Assembly (NCBI GenBank): GCA_963784895.1
Contig: CAWATM010000017.1
Coordinates: 157,251 to 181,250 of the forward strand
Direction of reading: 5' to 3'
DNA: 24,000 nucleotides
Origin: an uncultured Gaiellaceae bacterium
GTDB taxonomy: Bacteria > Actinomycetota > Thermoleophilia > Gaiellales > Gaiellaceae
The position numbers and the translations under genes were made by a program. Within the stretch, counting starts at the first letter, position 1, and every line of letters begins with the position of its first letter. The notes under the pieces are model-generated. The model was not told where the DNA came from. It did not search any database and was given only the letters and a program-made list of their open reading frames with translations. Positions 1 to 6,434 of this stretch are shown here, in pieces.

Positions 1-194
1 CACGAGTCCTTGGTGAGGTCGGGGTACCCCGTCAGCTCTCCGGGGCGGCACTCGAGCCACTCGGACCCGGCCGGTGCGGGTGCGGCGACCGTCGCGCACG
101 TGCCGAGGAGCCCGGTGCGGTCGAGCGCGCGCTCGTGCTTGGCCAGGGCCAGGAGTGACGCGATCATCGCGGCGGCGAAGACGATCCGGGACAT
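1..194 (-). CDS. hypothetical exported protein, 5' part only (gene runs off the left edge)
   Basis: Absent from the ORF track because its stop lies outside the window. Reverse-strand ATG at 194-192 is preceded by GGAG with a 6-nt spacer. The frame is open to position 1. The translation MSRIVFAAAMIASLLALAKHERALDRTGLLGTCATVAAPAPAGSEWLECRPGELTGYPDLTKDS has a signal-peptide-like N-terminus. Third codon positions are almost all G/C, as in the confirmed genes. Confidence 0.5.
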   Translation of the reverse strand, partial: MSRIVFAAAMIASLLALAKHERALDRTGLLGTCATVAAPAPAGSEWLECRPGELTGYPDLTKDS

Positions 195-438
195 GGGGGG
201 CTCCGGAGCTGGGGGTGGCCTCTGAGATCTCCGCCGCAGGCAGAGATCTCGACACAGCATCGGCGGACCCCGCCCGCCCGAGAATCACCCGATCGAGCCG
301 TTGCGATCGACCCGCGCGAGCGCCGGCGCCGTGCCTTCCCGACAAGCACGACGACACGTCGCCTTCGCCCTCGCTCCTAGTTCCCGCTGACGCCGCCGCC
401 ATCCGTAATCCCCCGCAGGAAGTCGAGGGTCGACCACG

Positions 439-1266
439 GTGGCGGCCGGCGCCCGCCGGGCCTACAACGGAAAGCGAATGGCGAGCGGAAAGGTCAGCAA
501 GCGGAGGCGGGCGGCGGAGCGCGTGCAGGTGCCCGTGCCGCGCGGCACGCCGGCCAGGCGCGGCGTCGACCGCGGCGTCTGGGTCGCGGCAGCGGTCGCC
601 GCCGCGCTCGTCGTCGCGGTCGTCGTCGGAATCGCGACCACGCGCGGCGGCGACGCCGACCAGGTCGCAGCAGGCTCGACGCTTGCCGACGCCGCCGACG
701 TGACCGCGATCTTCGACGGCATCGCGCAGGACGGTGTCGCCCTCGGCCGGGCCGACGCGCCGGTGACGCTGGTCGAATTCGTCGACATGCAGTGCCCGTT
801 CTGCCGCGAGTTCGAGGTCGCGGTGATGCCGACGCTGATCGAGAAGCACGTGCGGCCCGGCAAGCTCCGAATCGAGTTGCGCGGCCTCAGCTTCCTGGGC
901 CCGGACTCGGAGCGCGGCATCCGCGCCGTCCTCGCCGCCGGTGAGCAAGACGTGCTCTTCGGGATCAAGGCGCTGCTCTTCGCGAACCAGGGCGCCGAGA
1001 ACGCTGGCTGGCTCAGCCAGGACCTCGTCGAAGCAGCCGGGCGGTCGTTGCCCGGGCTCGACGTGGGCCGGCTCGTCGGCGACATGAGCTCGGGCGCCGT
1101 CTCCGAGCAGCTCGACGAGCACGCTGCCGAGGCGAAGCGCCGCGGCGTCAACTCGACGCCGACGATCCTCGTTGCCAAGACCGGCGAGGAGCCGCAGCTG
1201 GTTCAGCTCGACTCCCCGTCCGATCTCGCCTCGATCGAGCAGGCGATCGCCGCAGCCGGTTCGTGA
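439..1266 (+). CDS. DsbA-like thiol:disulfide oxidoreductase, membrane-anchored (thioredoxin fold)
   Basis: 275-aa ORF with the CxxC active site in VEFVDMQCPFCREFE. An N-terminal basic stretch is followed by a hydrophobic anchor (GVWVAAAVAAALVVAVVVGIA). The start is ambiguous between GTG 439 and ATG 478 (MASGKVSKRRR). The next gene is a DsbB/BdbC homolog. Confidence 0.85.
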   Translation: MAAGARRAYNGKRMASGKVSKRRRAAERVQVPVPRGTPARRGVDRGVWVAAAVAAALVVAVVVGIATTRGGDADQVAAGSTLADAADVTAIFDGIAQDGVALGRADAPVTLVEFVDMQCPFCREFEVAVMPTLIEKHVRPGKLRIELRGLSFLGPDSERGIRAVLAAGEQDVLFGIKALLFANQGAENAGWLSQDLVEAAGRSLPGLDVGRLVGDMSSGAVSEQLDEHAAEAKRRGVNSTPTILVAKTGEEPQLVQLDSPSDLASIEQAIAAAGS

Positions 1267-1802
1267 GCGACGCGGTCACCGCCGCACTCGGCGTCCTCGG
1301 GCTGCTCGCCCAGGTCGCCCTCGCGGCTGCCCTGCTCGCCGTCCTGCTGCGCCTGGTGGGCGTCCCCGGCCCTTGGCGCTCGCTGCGTGAGACGCTCGAG
1401 GGATCGGAGCTCTGGCTCGCCTTCGGGATTGCGCTCGTCGCGACCGGAGGCAGCCTCTTCTTCTCCGAGATCGAGCACTTCGTCCCCTGCAAGCTCTGCT
1501 GGTTCCAGCGCATCGCGATGTACCCGCTCGTCCTGCTGGCGCTGCCCGCACTCGCCCGCGACAACCGTGCAGGACGGTACTTCCTGCCACTGCCCGTCGT
1601 CGGTCTCGCCGTCTCGCTCTGGCACATCCTGGTCGAGCGCGGCGTGATCGAGGAAACACAGTCCTGCGAGATCTCGGCGCCCGGGGGTTGCAGCGTCAAG
1701 TGGATCGAGGAGCTCGGCTACATCACGATCCCGACGCTCGCCGCGACGGCGTTCGCGCTCTGCATCCTCATGCTGTGCCTCGCCGCCGCGCGCAGGGCGT
1801 AG
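1263..1802 (+). CDS. disulfide bond formation protein, DsbB/BdbC family
   Basis: 179 aa. SLFFSEIEHFVPCKLCWFQRIAMYPLVLL matches the BdbC signature (PCxLCWxQRIxMYP). A second Cys pair lies in ETQSCEISAPGGCSV, and there are four hydrophobic segments. The GTG start overlaps the upstream stop as GTGA (1263-1266). Confidence 0.9.
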   Translation: MSDAVTAALGVLGLLAQVALAAALLAVLLRLVGVPGPWRSLRETLEGSELWLAFGIALVATGGSLFFSEIEHFVPCKLCWFQRIAMYPLVLLALPALARDNRAGRYFLPLPVVGLAVSLWHILVERGVIEETQSCEISAPGGCSVKWIEELGYITIPTLAATAFALCILMLCLAAARRA

Positions 1803-1815
1803 CTGCTGTTCGCGT

Positions 1816-2298
1816 CTACGTCGGAGGTCTCAGGCGCTTCGCCCACGTCTCGCCCGCGGCACGGCCTTCCGGCGTGGCGAGAAAGTGCTCCAACGGGACG
1901 TGCAGGAACGTCCCCTCGGCCTCCGCGAGCAGCGAATCGACGTCGCGGAGCTCGGCAGCGATCTCGATCCGGCGGCCGCGTTCGCTCGTGACGCGGGCGC
2001 TGACCGCGAGCGGCGTGTTGATCGGAGCCGGCTTGCGGTAGCGGATCGCGATCCGCGCCGTCACGGTCGGAAAGCGGTGCCAGGTCGCGAGCAGGCCGCA
2101 CGCTTCATCGAGGGCCGCGCCGACGATGCCGCCGTGCGCGATCCCGGGACCGCCCTGGTGGTGGACGCCGAACGTGACCGCGGACGAGTAGGCATCGGCG
2201 CCCTCAGCAGCCGGGAGCGCCAGCCGCAGCCCGAGCTCGTGGTCGCCGCAGCCGAAGCAGGACGGGTCGTGATGGGGCGGGATCAGATGGCTCTTTAT
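1816..2298 (-). CDS. PaaI-family hotdog-fold acyl-CoA thioesterase (non-canonical start)
   Basis: This is the C-terminal 160 codons of the 1816..3027 track ORF: HLIPPHHDPSCFGCG...VTFGVHHQGGPGIAHGGIVGAALDEACG. The CFGCG N-terminal motif and GxxHGG plus LDEA core are typical of PaaI/4HBT thioesterases. No ATG/GTG/TTG precedes the conserved region. The 5' end is placed at ATA 2298-2296 (ATAA overlap with the upstream stop). CTG 2286-2284 is the alternative. Confidence 0.75.
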   Translation of the reverse strand: MKSHLIPPHHDPSCFGCGDHELGLRLALPAAEGADAYSSAVTFGVHHQGGPGIAHGGIVGAALDEACGLLATWHRFPTVTARIAIRYRKPAPINTPLAVSARVTSERGRRIEIAAELRDVDSLLAEAEGTFLHVPLEHFLATPEGRAAGETWAKRLRPPT

Positions 2299-3176
2299 GC
2301 AGCGAAGGGCAGCCGGATGTCGGAGACGTCGAGGCCCATGCTCGAGGCCATCCTGATCCCGTCGCGGACGTCTTCCTGCAGGCGCCTGATGTCGGTCTCG
2401 CGCATCACGTTTCCGATCCAGGCGCGTTCCTTCGGCCGCCAGAGTGCATGCTCGACGAAGATCGGCAGCAGGTTGTTGGCCGCCTGGACGAGGCTGTCCT
2501 TCGTTCGCTTGGACGCGCCCTCGAGCAGGACGCGCTCGTACGCGACGCCGGAGCTGTGGTGGATGCCGTCGTCGATTGTGAGCCGGTTGCAGAGATCCTC
2601 GAGCACCGTGCCGCGGGACGAGCGCGCGATCAGGCGGAAGCGAGGGATGATCAGCCGCTCGAAGAAGACCTGCATCTGAAAGACCTTCTCCTCGAGCGTC
2701 TCGGCCTCGAGGGTGATCTTCGCCAGCTCGTCGAGGTACGGGTCGCGCTCCGCGACGCCGCCGGCCTCGTCCGCGAGCTTGAGCCACGCCTCCGTGTGGC
2801 GGGCCTCGTCCTGGACCATCGTGGAGTAGTAGAGCTTCGCCTCCGGGTGCGGCGCGAGGTTGAGCAGCTGGGCCGCCATCTCGACGGCGAACTGATCCGC
2901 CTGCAGCTGCTGCGTGATCACCGACCGCCAGACGGCACGGCGCCGCTCCTTCCGCTCCGCCGAGGCGCCGGCGCGCGTCTCGGGGATCGGCGGGACGTCG
3001 CCCCACGGGAGGTCCCGCACCTGCCACTCCTGTTTCTTCGCCAGCTCGTAGAAGCGGAGCACCCCGCGGCCCTTGTCGTCCCGCGCGGCGTCGTCTGCGG
3101 CCTGCCGCTCCGCCTCGATCAGCGGTGCGTAGGTCGGATCCGCGTTGATCGGCTCGTCGGCCGGCTCGACCGTCAT
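2295..3176 (-). CDS. ferritin-like diiron-carboxylate protein (putative oxygenase)
   Basis: 293 aa counted from ATG 3176 (MTVEPADEP...). This is the believable part of the 2295..3740 track ORF. Ligand-like motifs are FAVEMAAQ, VQDEARH (ExxH), FFERLI and IDDGIHH (DxxH). VQDEARH resembles the VQDEAGH motif of PaaA-type CoA-ester oxygenases. TAAGCT lies 7 nt upstream of the ATG and there is no Shine-Dalgarno. Confidence 0.75.
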   Translation of the reverse strand: MTVEPADEPINADPTYAPLIEAERQAADDAARDDKGRGVLRFYELAKKQEWQVRDLPWGDVPPIPETRAGASAERKERRRAVWRSVITQQLQADQFAVEMAAQLLNLAPHPEAKLYYSTMVQDEARHTEAWLKLADEAGGVAERDPYLDELAKITLEAETLEEKVFQMQVFFERLIIPRFRLIARSSRGTVLEDLCNRLTIDDGIHHSSGVAYERVLLEGASKRTKDSLVQAANNLLPIFVEHALWRPKERAWIGNVMRETDIRRLQEDVRDGIRMASSMGLDVSDIRLPFAA

Positions 3177-3202
3177 CGCGCGAAGCTTAACGCCGCCGGG
3201 TC

Positions 3203-3231
3203 GGTCGGGCCGCGAAGCGGCCCCTTCAGGG
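3203..3231 (-). repeat. GC-rich stem-loop element, copy A (intercistronic, possible terminator or attenuator)
   Basis: Minus-sense sequence is CCCTGAAGGGGCCGCttcGCGGCCCGACC, with a 7-bp stem GGGCCGC/GCGGCCC. It is nearly identical to the element at 15704-15734. It lies between the HMGR-like stop (3244) and the ferritin-like start (3176). Confidence 0.6.
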
Positions 3232-3243
3232 ATCTTGCGCCGA

Positions 3244-4461
3244 CTAGCGCAGGCCGCCGAGCTGGTGGTGGGCCCGGAAGAAGTTCTCCGAACCGGCCGT
3301 CGCCATCGCCGACGAGGCCGAGATCTCGAGCGCGAGCGCGGCAGCGGCGACGATCTGCGCGAAGCGGTGCACCTTGCCGCTGCCGGCGCAGCCGAGCAGC
3401 GCCAGCCAGTCGCGGGCGTACGGGAGGGTCGTGCCGCCGCCGACGGTGCCGACCTCGAGCCCCGGGAACCGGATCGTCGCGTGCAAGCCCCCGTCCCCGG
3501 TCCGGCGCGCCGTGCCGTGCGCCATCGAGCTCGTCCCGACCATGCCGAGGTCCTGCCCGGTGCAGGCGAAGATCGACGCGATCGCCGAGGCGGGAGTAAA
3601 CGCGACCGACTGCATCCCGGACGCGACGGCGCCGTGCGTCCCCGCCCACGAGAGCTCGAGCAGGTCGTCGACGGACGTGCGCAGGACGCGCCGCACCGTT
3701 TCCGCGTCGAGCGTCGCCTCCGCGAGCACCGTCTTCCCATGCCCGGACTGAAAGAACTCGTACGAGGGTTTCTTGTCGCCGCCCATGTTCGCCTCGAGGA
3801 TCGCGCGCTCGGGCTGCACGGGCGCCTGCCGCATGACGTAGCCCATGTTCAGTGCGTAGCTGTTGCGGGTCATCATGTTCGGCCCGCAGGCGTCTCCGGT
3901 CGTCCAGGCCCAGAGCACGTGGCACATCGACCCGACGACGTGTGTCTTCACCTCGCGCAGCTTCGCCCGCTTCGAGAGCGAGGGGTCGTCGAGCGCGGCC
4001 AGGAACGCGCGGAGCTCGTCGAGGGAGCCCTCGAGCCACTTTGCAAGCCGTACGGCATCTGCTGTGTCATTGCAGATAAAGCATGATGCTCGTGTCATTC
4101 TGTCCTGGAGCACGTATGTTCGGAATCCGCCCGACGTCGCCGCCGCCTTCATCCCGCGCGACATCGAGGCGGAGAGGCCGCCCTCGGTGTGCGCCAGCGG
4201 TACCAGCAGCTCCTCCTGCTCACGGCCGGTCTCACGCAGGGTCCCCGCCGGCTCCTCGAGCTCGTACTGCCCGAGCTCGATCACGAGCGGGCCGACGACC
4301 GACACCGGTATGACCGTCGCGCCGGTGTGCGACTCCTGCGCGCGCGACCACGATTCGTCGTCGTGGGCGAGCGGCCCGTCGCCGACGACGTCACGGATCG
4401 CATCGCGCCGCGCCTGGATCGACTCGGCGTCGTTCTTGCGTGGCCAGCGCCGCAGCTCCAT
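3244..4461 (-). CDS. class I hydroxymethylglutaryl-CoA reductase-like protein (soluble catalytic domain only)
   Basis: 405 aa. It carries class-I HMGR motifs in the canonical order: QESHTGATVIPVSVVGPL (ENVIG...PVGVAGPL region), VPLAHTEGGLSASMSRG (TTEGCLVAS), WTTGDACGPNMM (DAMGMNM), GGDKKPS...SGHGKTV (DKKP...GRGKSVV), GLEVGTVGGGT, and C-terminal FFRAHHQL. It lines up end to end with short actinobacterial HMGRs as I remember them. Confidence 0.85.
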   Translation of the reverse strand: MELRRWPRKNDAESIQARRDAIRDVVGDGPLAHDDESWSRAQESHTGATVIPVSVVGPLVIELGQYELEEPAGTLRETGREQEELLVPLAHTEGGLSASMSRGMKAAATSGGFRTYVLQDRMTRASCFICNDTADAVRLAKWLEGSLDELRAFLAALDDPSLSKRAKLREVKTHVVGSMCHVLWAWTTGDACGPNMMTRNSYALNMGYVMRQAPVQPERAILEANMGGDKKPSYEFFQSGHGKTVLAEATLDAETVRRVLRTSVDDLLELSWAGTHGAVASGMQSVAFTPASAIASIFACTGQDLGMVGTSSMAHGTARRTGDGGLHATIRFPGLEVGTVGGGTTLPYARDWLALLGCAGSGKVHRFAQIVAAAALALEISASSAMATAGSENFFRAHHQLGGLR

Positions 4462-4472
4462 GGCTGGGAACC

Positions 4473-5042
4473 CTACGGCCTCGCGCTGCGCAGGCGGCGA
4501 ATGACGCCGCGGACACCGAGCGAAGGCGTCAGCCCGACCACGGTGTGGCGGAGCGGGTAGTCCGTCGGCCGAACTGGAATCCGCAGTTGCGGCTGCGCGG
4601 GCTCAGAGCTCACCCACTCGTTTCCCCACTCGCGGCGGAAACCGGTGCGCGGCAGCGCGTAGATGAGGCCGTCGGTCCATGTTGCCGGAGACGCTGGATC
4701 GCCGAACACCGCCGAGACGTAGAACCGACGGCGGCGCGATCCTCGCCCGATGTGCGTGCAGGCCGTCACCACGCCGTCGACGCAGTCGCGTGCGACGACG
4801 GCGTAGAAGAGCGGCCAGATGCCGTCGTCGCACGCGACCACCGCGAGCAGCTCGGTGTCGAGATCGTGTGCCGGCTGGGGCTCCAGGAGAGTCAGTGTGG
4901 TGTGGTTCGAGCCGTGCAGGAGGAGGCCGTGCTGATCGACGAGGTACGTCAGGAACTCATGAACCGGATACGGCGATCGCGCGACGTCGACCAAGCCGTC
5001 GCGGCCCTGCGCCGAGGCGATCAGCTCCTCGAACGTGCGCAA
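4473..5042 (-). CDS. hypothetical protein (189 aa from TTG 5042; true start uncertain)
   Basis: The ORF has strong GC3 bias and non-repetitive composition (…HEFLTYLVDQHGLLLHGSNHTTLTLLEPQ…IYALPRTGFRREWGNEWV…). I recognise no family. The stop lies 11 nt before the HMGR-like start on the same strand. The in-frame region upstream to about 5135 also looks coding but has no canonical start. Confidence 0.6.
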   Translation of the reverse strand: MRTFEELIASAQGRDGLVDVARSPYPVHEFLTYLVDQHGLLLHGSNHTTLTLLEPQPAHDLDTELLAVVACDDGIWPLFYAVVARDCVDGVVTACTHIGRGSRRRRFYVSAVFGDPASPATWTDGLIYALPRTGFRREWGNEWVSSEPAQPQLRIPVRPTDYPLRHTVVGLTPSLGVRGVIRRLRSARP

Positions 5043-5217
5043 CCGCTCGGCGTCGCGCGTGATCGCCGGCCCTTCCGTGGCGCCGACGAGGTTGAGCCCG
5101 AGCCGCTCGCCGAGCCGCCAGACGCCGATGCCAACCGAACGCAGAAGGCTCAGCGCGACTCGCTGCGATCGTGGCCCCGTGCGCTCGATCGCAGGAAGCT
5201 ACCAGCCGGGTCGGCAC

Positions 5218-5223
5218 TATCCT
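5218..5223 (+). promoter_or_regulatory. -10-like box TATCCT placed for a leaderless folD mRNA
   Basis: TATCCT (TANNNT) is followed by 7 nt (gaccgcg) and then the folD ATG at 5231. There is no purine-rich Shine-Dalgarno in between. Confidence 0.4.
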
Positions 5224-5230
5224 GACCGCG

Positions 5231-6088
5231 ATGGCAGCGACGCTGATGGACGGGAAGGCGCTCGCGGAGCGGATCCGTGCCGAGGTCGCGGCCGAGGTGG
5301 CGGCGTTCCCGCGCCCAATCGGGCTCGCCACCGTCCTCGTCGGCGACGACCCGGCCTCGGACGTCTACATCCGGATGAAGCACAAGGCGACGCTCGAGGT
5401 GGGGATCGAGGCTCGTGACCTGCGCCTGCCGCAGGAGACGAGCGAGGCTCAGTTGCTCGAGCTCGTCGTGGAGCTGAACGGCGACGACGCGATCGACGGC
5501 ATCCTCGTCCAGCTGCCGCTGCCGGGCCAGATCGACGAGGGCCGCGTGATCCGCGCCGTCGACCCGGTCAAGGACGTCGACGGCTTTCATCCCGTCAATG
5601 CCGGGCTTCTCCTCGCCGGCAACCCCGGGCACGTGCCGGGCACGCCGCTCGGGGTGCTCGCGCTGCTCGACGCATACGAGGTCGAGCTGAAGGGGGCGAA
5701 TGCGGTCGTGATCGGTCGCAGCGACATCGTCGGCAAGCCCGCGGCGCTGCTGCTCCTCCATCGGCACGCGACCGTGACGATCTGCCACTCCCGCACGCGG
5801 GATCTCGCCGCCGAGACCTCGCGTGCCGACGTGGTCGTCGCCGCCGTCGGCGTCCCGGGAGTCGTGACGCCCGCGATGGTGAAGGCCGGCGCCGCCATCG
5901 TCGACGTCGGGATCAACCGCACCGAGAATGGCCTCGTCGGTGACGTCGACCCGGCCGTGTCCGAACGAGCAGGGTTCCTGACGCCGGTGCCCGGAGGGGT
6001 CGGTCCGATGACGATCGCGATGCTGCTCCGGAGCACGGTTCGGGCGGCGCGATACCGCTCGAAGGAGGTTGCACATCCAGCCGCGTAA
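5231..6088 (+). CDS. folD: bifunctional 5,10-methylenetetrahydrofolate dehydrogenase / methenyl-THF cyclohydrolase
   Basis: [19 protein letters not shown]..., [30 protein letters not shown] and [15 protein letters not shown] are classic FolD blocks. The start is taken at ATG 5231, not the track start 5171, because FolD proteins begin close to the DGK motif. Confidence 0.95.
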   Translation: MAATLMDGKALAERIRAEVAAEVAAFPRPIGLATVLVGDDPASDVYIRMKHKATLEVGIEARDLRLPQETSEAQLLELVVELNGDDAIDGILVQLPLPGQIDEGRVIRAVDPVKDVDGFHPVNAGLLLAGNPGHVPGTPLGVLALLDAYEVELKGANAVVIGRSDIVGKPAALLLLHRHATVTICHSRTRDLAAETSRADVVVAAVGVPGVVTPAMVKAGAAIVDVGINRTENGLVGDVDPAVSERAGFLTPVPGGVGPMTIAMLLRSTVRAARYRSKEVAHPAA

Positions 6089-6097
6089 GGCTATGGT
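6069..6097 (+). promoter_or_regulatory. sigma-70-type promoter for the cold-shock gene
   Basis: TTGCAC (6069-6074), a 17-nt spacer, then TATGGT (6092-6097). It overlaps the folD stop and would give a 5' UTR of about 60 nt before the csp start. Confidence 0.5.
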
Positions 6098-6165
6098 TCG
6101 CGCGCTTTATCAAGGTCGGCGGCTCGGTGCCCGGGCCGTCGCTTCATCGCAAGGAGGAAGTCCAG

Positions 6166-6366
6166 TTGGCTCAGGGCACCGTTAAGTGGTTCTCGAACGA
6201 GAAGGGGTACGGGTTCATCGAGCGTGAGGGTGGCGAGGACGTTTTCGTCCACTTCTCCGCGATCACGATGGACGGCTACAAGTCGCTGACCGAAGGCCAG
6301 CGGGTGGAGTTCGAGGTCGTCCAGGGGCCCAAGGGCGCCCAGGCGGCGAACGTCTCCGCGGTCTAA
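6166..6366 (+). CDS. cold-shock protein, CspA family
   Basis: (M)[32 protein letters not shown] contains the RNP1 (KGYGFI) and RNP2 (VFVHF) motifs. TTG start at 6166 sits 5 nt after AAGGAGGAAG. The product is 66 aa. Confidence 0.93.
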   Translation: MAQGTVKWFSNEKGYGFIEREGGEDVFVHFSAITMDGYKSLTEGQRVEFEVVQGPKGAQAANVSAV

Positions 6367-6386
6367 CCCCTCTTAGATCCGAGCTC

Positions 6387-6420
6387 GAAGGGCTCCCGAG
6401 AGGGGGCCCTTCCTCTTTTG
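6387..6420 (+). terminator. rho-independent terminator of csp
   Basis: GAAGGGCUCCC-GAGA-GGGGGCCCUUC forms an 11-bp stem (one U-G pair) with a GAGA tetraloop. It is followed by CUCUUUUGG. Confidence 0.8.
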
Positions 6421-6434
6421 GAAGGATTGGTGCG

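Noticed and set aside
2295-3740. The 481-aa track ORF as a single gene, and likewise 1816..3027 as a 403-aa gene.
   Set aside because: The N-terminal halves are Arg/Ser/Pro-rich nonsense that overlaps the well-supported HMGR-like and ferritin-like genes in other frames. Only the C-terminal 293 aa (ferritin-like) and about 160 aa (thioesterase) look like real protein.
3244-4461. A claim that the HMGR-like protein has lost its catalytic histidine, based on the C-terminal ...ATAGSENFFRAHHQL.
   Set aside because: Alignment of this short, gapped C-terminal segment by eye is not reliable. Short actinobacterial HMGRs show a similar ...PGELMRAHVQL ending. No statement about activity can be made without a proper alignment.
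4459-4475. TAGGGT followed by 8 nt and then ATG 4461, as a seventh leaderless promoter (for the HMGR-like gene).
   Set aside because: The spacer is 8 nt, outside the 6-7 nt seen at the other sites. The box is built on the stop codon of a gene ending only 11 nt upstream, so co-transcription with the unknown gene is the simpler reading.
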